Origin: a virus | Taxonomy: Duplodnaviria > Caudoviricetes | Virus record (IMG/VR): IMGVR_UViG_3300027007_000032 | Span: 1-40,705 of that record | Length of the DNA: 40,705 nt | Reading direction: 5' to 3' (one strand) | Shown here: piece by piece, positions 1-9,055 of the stretch | Layout of the letters: every line of letters starts with the position of its first letter | Numbering within the stretch: position 1 is the stretch's first letter | Made by a program: the position numbers and the translations under genes | The notes under the pieces: model-generated | What the model was told of the DNA's origin: nothing | Databases searched by the model: none | Seen by the model: the letters and a program-made list of their open reading frames with translations, nothing else

Positions 1-27
1 ATGCGGTGTATCAGGAGGTGTGTCGGC

Positions 28-345
28 GTGACGCTCAACGAGAGTGTGTCGGCCGGCGATCTGCGGGTCAGGATCGGCGACCTCGTCGGGGCGGATATTC
101 GCGAGCGTGTCAACACGGTCGGCAACAGTCGCGCGGCTGTTTCGTTCCGACGGCCGACGTTGCTGCAGATCGCCATCCGGATTCCTGTCAGGACTGGCGA
201 CCTTCGCGACCCTCGTGACCTGACCACGTCCGAGCTTCGGACGTACATCGCACGGAACACTGGCGTCGAACCTCCGGCATCGAGCAGCCACTTTCAGTGG
301 ATCCACCTCAAAGCGATCTACCAGGAACTGGAGGGATCGGCGTGA
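28..345 (+). CDS. hypothetical protein
   Basis: GGAGGTG RBS at ~14-20 before GTG at 28; stop overlaps next start (GTGA). Confidence 0.65.
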   Translation: MTLNESVSAGDLRVRIGDLVGADIRERVNTVGNSRAAVSFRRPTLLQIAIRIPVRTGDLRDPRDLTTSELRTYIARNTGVEPPASSSHFQWIHLKAIYQELEGSA

Positions 346-1136
346 GCACGCGCAAGAAGTACCGAAAAGAGGTGGACACAGGGACTGCTCACGCTGGCGA
401 CGGCGACCACTACGCGATCACCGTCAGCCCGCCACTGAGCGCCGACAGCGAATACTGCCGGATCGCCGTCAACGGTCGCACCTGGGGCGGTGGTGGTCGT
501 GCCGTCGAGTCTCGCGAAGCCGCGGTCGACTACCTCCAGGAGCGTATCGACGAGCTCGAGGCCAAGGCCACTGACGACAAGCGCCGCGGCAGTCTCCCTC
601 GATACCCCGAGCCACCGAAGCCGGCGAACACGCGCTTCCGCGTTCATCCTGACTTCGATGACGAGATCGCTGCTCGCGAGCTCTGGGGCGACGCGACGCT
701 CGCCAGTTTTGGTGCCGATACCGGCTCGAAGTACGCTGATAGGCCGTGGTACCAGCATCGCGACGCCTACCAAGAGTGGCTCGCGCCGCTGCGAGACCAC
801 GTCGACGTGCTTCGGGTTTACGCCAAAGATCTCACCGAGAAGGCCTACTGGTGGTACACCGTCGCCAACGAGCAGTTGATCGGTGTCCGCTATCGAGCCA
901 AGGCCCAGCGGTCGAAGTACTTCGAGTCCAGCTGGACGTCCGCGACCCGGCGTGTCGGTGGCATCGGAATCACGAACGCGCCACCGGCCGATCTGCGATA
1001 CGTCACGATCGACGGGTCCCCGTTCGCAGAGGGGGTCGACGAGAATGCTGTCGAGGGCTGGCTGGATCAGTCGGCACCGGAACCGATGGACAAAGCCGAC
1101 GCAAATCAGGTCGAGGTCGAGGAGGGATCGGCGTGA
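342..1136 (+). CDS. hypothetical protein
   Basis: GTG start overlapping upstream TGA after GGAGG; acidic halophilic composition. Confidence 0.8.
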   Translation: MSTRKKYRKEVDTGTAHAGDGDHYAITVSPPLSADSEYCRIAVNGRTWGGGGRAVESREAAVDYLQERIDELEAKATDDKRRGSLPRYPEPPKPANTRFRVHPDFDDEIAARELWGDATLASFGADTGSKYADRPWYQHRDAYQEWLAPLRDHVDVLRVYAKDLTEKAYWWYTVANEQLIGVRYRAKAQRSKYFESSWTSATRRVGGIGITNAPPADLRYVTIDGSPFAEGVDENAVEGWLDQSAPEPMDKADANQVEVEEGSA

Positions 1137-1276
1137 GTGTCACGATCGCCACGCCAGTCTGCGGGTGTATGGGGTGTTCCGAGCCCGCCGTTGCGATTAT
1201 CGACCATCCCGACTACGGCCAACGAACAGTCTGCGAGGATCACGTCGACGGGCACGAGGTGATCGCCGATGTCTGA
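1133..1276 (+). CDS. small Cys/His metal-binding protein (47 aa)
   Basis: VCGCMGC...VCEDH; coupled GTGA start after GGAGG. Confidence 0.75.
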   Translation: MSVTIATPVCGCMGCSEPAVAIIDHPDYGQRTVCEDHVDGHEVIADV

Positions 1277-1556
1277 GCGAGAGACAGACGCTATAACTCG
1301 GGTTGACGCAGACTTGAGGCCGTCTGGAGTTCACCCCCACGGGTCAGATGACACCGCCAAGTGCCATTTATGCGGTAGAGCGGCTCCCCGACACAGTGAC
1401 ACAGAAGAATACGTGTTCGGGTTCGTTTGTGGGAGGGCCGACTGTCAGCGTGTTTCAGAAGCCTTCTCCGATAAGTTCCGATGTCGGCAGATGAGTTGGC
1501 AGTACATGGGCGGCGGTAGCAGTTGGTCGTTAGAGGGCGAGGTGATGGTCCGATGA
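1269..1556 (+). CDS. putative zinc-binding protein
   Basis: CHLC...CGRADC; GAGGTGA RBS; overlaps both neighbours. Confidence 0.65.
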   Translation: MSERETDAITRVDADLRPSGVHPHGSDDTAKCHLCGRAAPRHSDTEEYVFGFVCGRADCQRVSEAFSDKFRCRQMSWQYMGGGSSWSLEGEVMVR

Positions 1557-2068
1557 ACAGTGACCAACCCGGCGGCGAAGGCGCTCATGAGCAACCCGAC
1601 GTCCGCCCCGAGGACGCCCTGCAGGTCGCCCAGCGCGCGCTCCAGAAGGCCAACGAACTCGAGGGTGACGTCGACGCTCTCCAGGACCGGATCGTCGAAC
1701 TCGAGCTGCGCCTCTCGGAGATCGACGACCAGCGCGACTACGACTCGCTGACCCTCGACGAGAAGATCGGCATGGTCCGCGAGCACGCCTACCAGAAGGC
1801 CCGCGACGGTCACGGGAAAGCGACGCTGGACTACAACGACATCATGTGGAGCGTCTTCGACGGCGAGCCCGGGACGAAACACTGCTACAAACTGATCCGC
1901 CGGGCCGCCGGCCTTCGGGACGATCGCCGCACCGGCAGCGAGGTCCCAGGCTTCCGGGCCCGTGACCCAGACGGTGACGCCTACCACCTCGCTGTCGACG
2001 CCGAGCAGGCAAAACGTGGCGCGGCGTTTTTTCCCGAGAACAAAACGTCCTCGGAGGGGGTCCGCTGA
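1553..2068 (+). CDS. hypothetical protein with N-terminal coiled coil
   Basis: ATGA overlap after GAGGTGA; heptad-like LQVAQRALQKANELEGDVDALQDRIVELELRL. Confidence 0.8.
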   Translation: MNSDQPGGEGAHEQPDVRPEDALQVAQRALQKANELEGDVDALQDRIVELELRLSEIDDQRDYDSLTLDEKIGMVREHAYQKARDGHGKATLDYNDIMWSVFDGEPGTKHCYKLIRRAAGLRDDRRTGSEVPGFRARDPDGDAYHLAVDAEQAKRGAAFFPENKTSSEGVR

Positions 2069-2262
2069 TGGCTGAGATTGTCCACTCCGGAATCCCACCA
2101 CCGTTTCACTCCGCGTTCGAGAGTGCAAGTGTAGTTGTGTAAGCAAAGGTCGGTTAGCTGATGGTACGGCGACAGCACGGCGACGCACGGCTCGTGCTGG
2201 ACGTCGGAAAGGCTCGATCGAGCTTTGTTCTCAGGAAAAAACGGATCCGCGACCCATCACCC

Positions 2263-4365
2263 ATGGCACAAACTCAACCCGAACCCGATCTCGTCGATAG
2301 ACTCACCCGGTTCTACCGGGACTACTACCGAGAGGAGCTGGGCCAGCTGGCCGAGCACTATCCTCAGGAGCAACGCTCGCTGACCATCGACTACGACGAC
2401 GTCTACCAGTTCGATCCAGCCATCGCTGACGACCTTCGAGATGGCGATCCCACGCAGCTGCTCGATTACTTCGAGGAGGCGCTGCGACAGGTCGAACTCC
2501 CCGTTGATGTCCCTCTCGGGCAGGCCCACGTGCGCGTCCGTGATCTCGACGCGGCCCACACCTACTACCCAGGGGCGTTCAGCCCGTCCGATCACGCCCG
2601 GCAACTCCGCGGCGTCCGGGGCGAGGTGTCGAAAGCGACGGATGTCTACTCTCGCCTGGAGGTCGCGACCTTCGAGTGCCAGCGCTGCGGGTCGACCTCG
2701 CGGATCCCACAGTCTGACGACGACTTCCAGGAGCCTCACGAGTGCCAGGGGTGCGAGCGCCAGGGCCCCTTCGAGATCAACTTTGACCAGTCCGAGTTCG
2801 TCGACGGGCAGAAACTCCGAATCCAGACGCCGCCCGAGGAGGCCCAGGGCGAGGGTCAGGACATGGACGTCTTCGTCGAGGACGACCTCGTCGACGTCGC
2901 GACGGTCGGCGACCGGGTCACTGTGACGGGCATCGTCCGCTTGGACCAGCAGACCCGCGGATCAGCCCCGACCAACAAGTTCGAACCCTACCTCGAGGGC
3001 AATCACATCGCCGTCGAGGAGACCGACGCCCAGGACGTCGACATCACACCCGCCCAGCGAGAGCGGATCCACGCACTCGCCGCCGGCGAAGAGGGCGACC
3101 CACTCGAACTCGCCGCCGACGCACTCACCACCAAGATCTACGGCTACGACACGGTCAAGCAGGCGATCGTCCTTGCGCTGGTCGGCGGGGCCCGCGTCGA
3201 GTACCCGGGCGACGACTTCGATCGGGGCGAGTTCCACGTCCTCCTGATCGGGGACCCCTCGACTGGCAAGTCCAAACTCGTCGATCGGGCCGAAGCCGTC
3301 GGGTGGCGGTCAGTGGGCGTCTCGGGGACCGGCGCGACCGTCGCCGGCGTCACGGCCACGGCCATCCAGGACGACTTCGGAGATGGATCCTGGACCCTCG
3401 ACGCCGGCGCTGCCGTGAAGGCCCACCGGGGCGTGCTCGCGATCGACGAGCTCGACGACATGCCCGCGGAGGTCCGATCTGCCCTCCTGGAGCCGATGTC
3501 CAAGCAGACGATCCACATCACCAAGGGCGGGATCAACACCCACCTGCAGACCCGGACTGCCGTCGTGGCGGCCGCCAACCCGGACCAGGACCGCTTCGAC
3601 CCCTACCAGCCGATCGCCGAGCAGTTCGCCTTCTCCTCGACACTCCTGAGTCGATTCGATCTCGTCTACACGTTCCGCGACGTCCCCGACGAACAGCAGG
3701 ACGACGACGTCGCCGACCACGTGCTGACGGGTCGGGATGCCGCCAAGCGAGCCGAACGCGATCTCGACGGGGACGTCGACGTGATCGACAACGATCCCGA
3801 GCCGCCGGTGGGTCCGGACATCCTGCGCAAGTGGATCGCCCTCGCGAAGCAACAGCCCAAGCCGGTGTTCGCCGACGCCGGCGTCAAAGACGACATCAAG
3901 GAATCGTTCACCAATCTCCGCGGGCTGTACGGCTACGACGACCCTGACGATCCCGTTCCGGTGACGTTCCGCACGCTCGAGGGGATCGTTCGCGTCGCCG
4001 AGGCCGCCGCGAAGTTCGAGTTCAGCGAGACGATCGAGCAGCGCCACGTCGACATCGCGACCGAACTGGTCGGCCAGTCGATGCAGGATATCGGCAAGGA
4101 TCCCGAGACCGGCGAGCTTGACGCGGACGTCCACGAGACGGGGACGTCCAAGAGCCAACGCGACCGGGCGACCACGATTCGGGAACTCATCCAGGAGATC
4201 GCCGACGAGCACGAGGATGGGGCCCCAGTCGACACCGTCATCGACCGCGCTGAAGAGGTCGGGATCGACACCTCGAAGGTCGAACACGAGATCGAGAAGC
4301 TGAAACAGAACGGCGAGGCCGTCGAGCCGGTGACTGACCACATCCGGTACATCGGGAGGTACTGA
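2263..4365 (+). CDS. mcm: MCM replicative helicase
   Basis: Zn finger CQRC..CQGC; Walker A GDPSTGKS; Walker B IDELD; AAANP; arginine finger SRFD; C-terminal wHTH; start reassigned to MAQTQ. Confidence 0.97.
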   Translation: MAQTQPEPDLVDRLTRFYRDYYREELGQLAEHYPQEQRSLTIDYDDVYQFDPAIADDLRDGDPTQLLDYFEEALRQVELPVDVPLGQAHVRVRDLDAAHTYYPGAFSPSDHARQLRGVRGEVSKATDVYSRLEVATFECQRCGSTSRIPQSDDDFQEPHECQGCERQGPFEINFDQSEFVDGQKLRIQTPPEEAQGEGQDMDVFVEDDLVDVATVGDRVTVTGIVRLDQQTRGSAPTNKFEPYLEGNHIAVEETDAQDVDITPAQRERIHALAAGEEGDPLELAADALTTKIYGYDTVKQAIVLALVGGARVEYPGDDFDRGEFHVLLIGDPSTGKSKLVDRAEAVGWRSVGVSGTGATVAGVTATAIQDDFGDGSWTLDAGAAVKAHRGVLAIDELDDMPAEVRSALLEPMSKQTIHITKGGINTHLQTRTAVVAAANPDQDRFDPYQPIAEQFAFSSTLLSRFDLVYTFRDVPDEQQDDDVADHVLTGRDAAKRAERDLDGDVDVIDNDPEPPVGPDILRKWIALAKQQPKPVFADAGVKDDIKESFTNLRGLYGYDDPDDPVPVTFRTLEGIVRVAEAAAKFEFSETIEQRHVDIATELVGQSMQDIGKDPETGELDADVHETGTSKSQRDRATTIRELIQEIADEHEDGAPVDTVIDRAEEVGIDTSKVEHEIEKLKQNGEAVEPVTDHIRYIGRY

Positions 4366-4367
4366 GG

Positions 4368-4724
4368 ATGGGCACGGACACAGAAGGGCCGTCCTCCAAG
4401 CGGATCTACGACATGGTCGTGGGCGCCGTCCGAGCGCGGTGTAACGACGTCCAGGGCCCCGGGGCTCGCAAGCGACAGTTGTACGTCTCACTGGCGGGCA
4501 CGTACGGCCCCTTCGAGACTGACGACGTCGACAACGCACTGCGGGCCGGTCGTGAGCGAGGCGATCTCTGTCGGTGGCGTGACGCTGTGGGCACGCTACG
4601 ATACACGCCGATCGCCGAATCCGAGTTGCGGGCTGTCGTCGCCTACATGAACGATCACGAGTACGACCCCGAACAGATCGAACGGATCGCACGACTCGTC
4701 CGGGAGGTTCGAGACGATGACTAA
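4368..4724 (+). CDS. hypothetical protein (possible winged-helix)
   Basis: Directly follows MCM and overlaps next gene. Confidence 0.75.
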   Translation: MGTDTEGPSSKRIYDMVVGAVRARCNDVQGPGARKRQLYVSLAGTYGPFETDDVDNALRAGRERGDLCRWRDAVGTLRYTPIAESELRAVVAYMNDHEYDPEQIERIARLVREVRDDD

Positions 4725-4959
4725 CCAGATCGCCGTGCCGGACACCCTCCAAGACGCACCGCCGTCAGTGAAACTCGTCTGGGCCGTCCTCGATGACGCC
4801 GACGAGGCGCTCGATCAGCAGGCGATCGAGGACCGCACCAAACTTCCGAATCCCACGGTTCGGTCGGCGCTGTACGAGCTCGAGCTCACCGACCACGTCG
4901 ATCACCACCCCGATCCCGCTGACGCCCGCCGGCGCGAATACTATCTCCTATCTGAGTAG
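4717..4959 (+). CDS. MarR-like winged-helix DNA-binding protein
   Basis: PPSVKLVWAVL...LDQQAIEDRTKLPNPTVRSALYEL...DARRREY (MarR-type wing). Confidence 0.85.
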   Translation: MTNQIAVPDTLQDAPPSVKLVWAVLDDADEALDQQAIEDRTKLPNPTVRSALYELELTDHVDHHPDPADARRREYYLLSE

Positions 4960-5089
4960 TGATCGTATTGATCGCTACCGTGGTCGCTTACCAAGCGTGG
5001 GGGCCGTAGTACTGACAACGACAGACCACAGCCGCGCCTGGCGAGCGTGACTGACACGACTCCCTGGAAAGTAAGGTGAGCTTAGACAC

Positions 5090-5551
5090 ATGTCCTCGAC
5101 ACCCTTCCACGAACATCTACTCGAAGCTCCTGATGTGTGTGCTAACTGTTTCTCTTTGATACGCGAGGAGCGAGTCGATCCTACCCGGTCTGGCTTCGGT
5201 CGCGATTACGAGTCGACCTACACACGACGACGCGAGACAACTGAGATCGGTTACGGGCCGGCGCGTACGCCCAGTGAGAGTAAAGGCGTGTTTTGCCAAT
5301 GTGGTGTAGAGTCTCACCGTGTTCAACATCGCGTCTGGGACTACACCGAACTCAGCCGCGAGCGGTTCAAACAACTCCTGCAGAACGCTGTCCGGACGCT
5401 CGAGCGCAAGGGCGTCACCATCGCCCAGAAGACGCTCGTCGGCCACGCGATCCAGGCCTACGACGCCGGCGCCAACGTCGATGGGGCGATCGAGGCCGGC
5501 CTCGACGCCGGGCTGGCTGTCGCGACGACCCAGCGGGCGACCGCGGACTAA
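5090..5551 (+). CDS. hypothetical zinc-binding viral protein
   Basis: CANC...CQC; GGTGAG RBS upstream. Confidence 0.8.
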   Translation: MSSTPFHEHLLEAPDVCANCFSLIREERVDPTRSGFGRDYESTYTRRRETTEIGYGPARTPSESKGVFCQCGVESHRVQHRVWDYTELSRERFKQLLQNAVRTLERKGVTIAQKTLVGHAIQAYDAGANVDGAIEAGLDAGLAVATTQRATAD

Positions 5552-5800
5552 CCAGACCCCGATGACCCAGTGAGGGCCTCGTGCCCGAGGCGAGGGTCCG
5601 CATCGCACATGGGTACTGTCGTCGGCCTACACGACCTGATCGACGGGCACTGCGCTCGCATGTCGACTCCCAGCCGGACCGACCAGCGCCGTCGCGAGGG
5701 AGGATCCCCGGGACAACCGGGAGCCCTGACCGGCGGCCGCGGCGAGACCCCGCAGTCGTGTCCACCGACCCTGACCTCCGTCTTCGGCTTCCAGCCCTCC
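5552..5800 (+). ncRNA. candidate structured RNA or leader beginning with a K-loop
   Basis: CCC-GAT-GA-CCCAGT-GA-GGG at 5558-5576 plus several short GC hairpins; no convincing halophilic ORF. Confidence 0.35.
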
Positions 5801-5838
5801 ACCCCATTCCCCCACCCCCATCCTTTTCCATACGACAC

Positions 5839-6027
5839 ATGAGTACCGAAGCCACGCTGTCCTACGACGGCCCTTTGAGTACCTACCAAGAGTGGGACGC
5901 CCTGCTGTACGGCCTCACCGTCGGTTTCGTCCTGGCGATCGACCGGATCCGTCGCGACGCCGCCGCCGAACCATCGAAGGTGATCGGCGGGGCGATCGTC
6001 GGCTACGCAATCGCCAAACTGCTATGA
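5839..6027 (+). CDS. small membrane protein (2 hydrophobic segments)
   Basis: ALLYGLTVGFVLAI and VIGGAIVGYAIAKLL; start reassigned to MSTEA. Confidence 0.75.
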   Translation: MSTEATLSYDGPLSTYQEWDALLYGLTVGFVLAIDRIRRDAAAEPSKVIGGAIVGYAIAKLL

Positions 6028-6034
6028 ATGAGCC

Positions 6035-6355
6035 ATGAGTGCACGCACGAGACCCTGGTACTGCAGCGATCGACTGACCGACGACTGGCTGACGATCGAG
6101 TCCGAGGGCGGTGATCTCAAGATGCTCAAGTCGCTGAAGATCGTCCGGTCGATCGTCGTCAACATCGCCATCGCCGCAATCTCGTTGATGGCGATCTCCC
6201 ACGGTGGCGACGTTCACATCTTCGGGGGTGTCGGTCTGGCCGCGCTGATCGCTTACAACGGCATCGAGGTCTACGACTACGCGAGCCTCCTGCAGGCGAT
6301 CGCCGAAGCCCAGGAGCAACAGTCACAGTCGGCCGGCAGTGATCCCGATGACTGA
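6035..6355 (+). CDS. small membrane protein, holin-like
   Basis: IVVNIAIAAISLMAI and IFGGVGLAALIAY, followed by a polar C-terminal tail. Confidence 0.75.
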   Translation: MSARTRPWYCSDRLTDDWLTIESEGGDLKMLKSLKIVRSIVVNIAIAAISLMAISHGGDVHIFGGVGLAALIAYNGIEVYDYASLLQAIAEAQEQQSQSAGSDPDD

Positions 6356-6590
6356 CGACCAGGTCGGCGACGAGGAGACGACCTCGACGGCAGTGCGCTG
6401 GCGGTGGACCAACGACGTCCTCGCCGGCGTCCTGATCGGCACCCTCTGCACCGCGATCCTCTACGATCTCCACTTGGAGGCGACGCTGTCGAAGGACCTC
6501 TACACCGCGCTGGCGCTGTCGAGTGGCCTGGCCGCGGTGTGGGCCTTCGGCGTCGAGACTGTCACCGCACTCAAACAGATTCGATCCTGA
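6348..6590 (+). CDS. small membrane protein
   Basis: VLAGVLIGTLCTAILY and ALALSSGLAAVWAFGV. Confidence 0.75.
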   Translation: MTDDQVGDEETTSTAVRWRWTNDVLAGVLIGTLCTAILYDLHLEATLSKDLYTALALSSGLAAVWAFGVETVTALKQIRS

Positions 6591-6592
6591 CC

Positions 6593-6724
6593 ATGGCTGG
6601 AGACGCCCGCATCGCCGAGCACGTGGTCGGCGACGACTGCTGGCTGCTGGACCCGACCGAGTCGGGCGAGCGTCGGCGCTGGCTGTGCTCGGACACGTTT
6701 GTCGATCGGGCGGAGTGGGCGTGA
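6593..6724 (+). CDS. small hypothetical protein (43 aa)
   Basis: ATG 2 nt after previous stop; MAGDARIAEH...RAEWA. Confidence 0.55.
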   Translation: MAGDARIAEHVVGDDCWLLDPTESGERRRWLCSDTFVDRAEWA

Positions 6725-6727
6725 CCC

Positions 6728-6750
6728 TATTTGAAATACATAAAACAGCG
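6728..6750 (+). promoter_or_regulatory. TATA-like promoter, probably of a leaderless packaging/late transcript
   Basis: AT island TATTTGAAATACATAAAA ~20-38 nt upstream of ATG 6766. Confidence 0.6.
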
Positions 6751-6765
6751 TAACGTATCTGAACG

Positions 6766-7488
6766 ATGACCAGCCGAAGAGATCGCCGTGTCACACTCGC
6801 CCTCAAGTGGCACTACCTCGACAATCTCTCCCCCCAGGAGATTCGGGACCGCTTCGAGGAGGAGGGCATCGGCGACTACGCCACGAGCACGGTCCGGCGC
6901 TACCTCAACGAGCAGCCGGCCGAGGAGGTCCTCGAGCAGATCGAAGCCGAGCACGCCAACGTTCGCCTGCAGATCGCCGAGCGCGAAGAGCGGATGTTCC
7001 AGCGCGCTCGCGAGGCCGAATCTCAGGCGACCGAGGACCAGCCGATCAAGCGCGTCGTCCCCCAGACCCAGACCGCTCGCGAGACGGAGATCGTCAACGC
7101 CTGGGAGTTCGTCGAGGATCCCGACGCCCGTCCGGACTGGGCGACCGAGCGGGACGTCATCATCCGCTTCACCGACGAGGAACGCGAGGTCCTGGAGGGC
7201 CAGCAGTACCCGATCCAGGCGCTGGATGGCTCGCCCCGATACACCACGGAGTTCGCCGGCCTCGAGCGCGACGTCGACGACCTCCAGGGCCAGGCGATGG
7301 CTCGCCAGGAACAGACCCAGCACCTGCAGGCCAAGGGCGACGTCCTGGGCGTCTACAAGGATCGCGTCGAACTCGAAGGCTCACTCGAAACGGAGTCGAC
7401 TGTCGGCGTCGACGACGACACCAAGGAACTGGCTCGGGAACTGCTGGCCGCACGCTACGACCAGGAGGGCGACGATGGCGACACGTGA
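6766..7488 (+). CDS. terminase small subunit (putative)
   Basis: N-terminal HTH (LSPQEIRDRF...ATSTVRRYL); immediately upstream of TerL. Confidence 0.75.
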   Translation: MTSRRDRRVTLALKWHYLDNLSPQEIRDRFEEEGIGDYATSTVRRYLNEQPAEEVLEQIEAEHANVRLQIAEREERMFQRAREAESQATEDQPIKRVVPQTQTARETEIVNAWEFVEDPDARPDWATERDVIIRFTDEEREVLEGQQYPIQALDGSPRYTTEFAGLERDVDDLQGQAMARQEQTQHLQAKGDVLGVYKDRVELEGSLETESTVGVDDDTKELARELLAARYDQEGDDGDT

Positions 7489-9055
7489 AGTCGACCCCGA
7501 CGACGTCGTCGCCCAGCTGGAGGACCCGGCCGCGCTGCGGGAGGTCCTCAACCCCTTCGACGGCTGCCCGTGGGACGTCTACTTCAACCGGCTGACCGAG
7601 GGCTACATGGCCGCCGAGCGGGATCCGCACGTCCCGATCGGCGACGTCCACGTCCACTGGGCCGAGCAGTTCGCCAGCGACGACAACATCGGGATGCTGG
7701 CCCATCGTGACTCGCTGAAGACGACGTTCTCGCTGGGGTACGTCATCGCCTGCCTCGAGTACCAGCCCGGCTTTCTGGCCCACTGGATCACCAACACGCA
7801 GGGCCAGGCCCACAAGAAGGCTGACACCGAGTTTTGGAAGATCGTCGATCGCAACCCGTGGCTGGTCAACCTCAACCGGCCACCCGAGCAGGACACCAAG
7901 GAGGCGAAGATCTTCGCGAACGGGTCGGCGCTGTACGCCGGCTGGCTCTTCGGGGCGATCGAGGGCGACCGCTCGCACCTGCTGATCCTCGACGACGTCA
8001 TCAAAGAGCGCGGTGACGGCGACACCGAGGAGATCCTGCAGTGGATCGAGGGCGTCACCGTCCCGATGGTCAAGGACTCCGGAAAGACCGCCGTCATCGG
8101 GACGCGCAAGCGCCCGGACGACATCTACTCGCACCTGATCGATCGCGACGCCTACGATTTCACTGAGTACCCAGCGGTCCTCGAGGAGTGGGATCGGGAG
8201 TTCCGCGACGACGACACCTGGCAGGCCCGTCGTCCGCCCGAGGAGCTCTACACCGAGGTCGACGGTCGCCCGCTCGTTGACGACGACGTCCACGTCCTCT
8301 GGCCCGAAGCGCGGGGGCCCGCCTACCTCGCTGAGAAGTTCGACCAGATGTCCCGCCACCTGTTCTGGCGGGAGTTCTGCATGGTCATCCGGGGCGCGTC
8401 GGGCAACCTGATCGACGAGAGCGACGTCAACCAGCTCGTCGACGACGGTGGCTGTTCGATTCGGGGGCAGTCCCCGCCGCGACAGCTGACGCCCGGCGCC
8501 GGCGAGCAGATCGTCGTCGCCCACGACCCAGCGCAATCTCCGACCGGTGACGATGCAGCGTTCGTGGCGTTCAAAGTTGGTCGCGACGGCCGACGGACGC
8601 TCCTGGACGCCGTCGCCGAGCAGGGGATGAGTCCGTCGCGGGTGAAGGCGACGCTCGCCGACCTGGACGAGCGCTACGACCCGGCGGTCGTGGTGATCGA
8701 GTCCAACGGGATGCAGCAGTACGTCGCTAACGATGCCCTCGAGTTCTCGGCGTCGCTGCGGGCGAAGGTGACTGGCATCCCGACGACGGGGAAGAAACAC
8801 AGCTGGGAGAACGGCATCCCACGCCTCCGCCGGCTCGTCGAGAACGGCTCGATCCAGTTCTATCGCGGGCACAACGGCACCGAGGAGTTCATCCAGGCGG
8901 CGATGTCGCTGACGCTCAAGAACGGCCGCCTGGAGGGCCACACCCCGGACCTGATCGCGGCCTGGTACATGGCCGAGCAGGGCATCCGTCGCCTGGAGGG
9001 CATGGGAGCGCTCGAAGATGCCGACGACGACAGTTCAGGAGTGAGCTATCTATAG
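7475..9055 (+). CDS. terL: terminase large subunit
   Basis: Walker A-like AHRDSLKTT; Walker B LLILDD; coupling motif IGTR; RNase H-type VAHDPA, VIESN, PDLIAA; start MATREV after GGAGG. Confidence 0.92.
   Translation: MATREVDPDDVVAQLEDPAALREVLNPFDGCPWDVYFNRLTEGYMAAERDPHVPIGDVHVHWAEQFASDDNIGMLAHRDSLKTTFSLGYVIACLEYQPGFLAHWITNTQGQAHKKADTEFWKIVDRNPWLVNLNRPPEQDTKEAKIFANGSALYAGWLFGAIEGDRSHLLILDDVIKERGDGDTEEILQWIEGVTVPMVKDSGKTAVIGTRKRPDDIYSHLIDRDAYDFTEYPAVLEEWDREFRDDDTWQARRPPEELYTEVDGRPLVDDDVHVLWPEARGPAYLAEKFDQMSRHLFWREFCMVIRGASGNLIDESDVNQLVDDGGCSIRGQSPPRQLTPGAGEQIVVAHDPAQSPTGDDAAFVAFKVGRDGRRTLLDAVAEQGMSPSRVKATLADLDERYDPAVVVIESNGMQQYVANDALEFSASLRAKVTGIPTTGKKHSWENGIPRLRRLVENGSIQFYRGHNGTEEFIQAAMSLTLKNGRLEGHTPDLIAAWYMAEQGIRRLEGMGALEDADDDSSGVSYL

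Noticed and set aside
2161-2262. N-terminal extension of MCM
   Set aside because: Basic, non-halophilic composition; MCM-like sequence begins at MAQTQ
5044-5082. Third possible K-turn (AGC-GT-GA...TGA-GCT)
   Set aside because: 2-nt bulge, no clear NC-stem, and GGTGAG is explained as the RBS of 5090
6788-7474. 755-aa terminase with long N-terminal extension in the ORF track
   Set aside because: Extension is an R/S-rich shadow of the small subunit; the RBS supports ATG 7475
2263-9055. Inteins in MCM or terminase
   Set aside because: Normal lengths and motif spacing; no HN-C/S/T junctions or LAGLIDADG blocks seen
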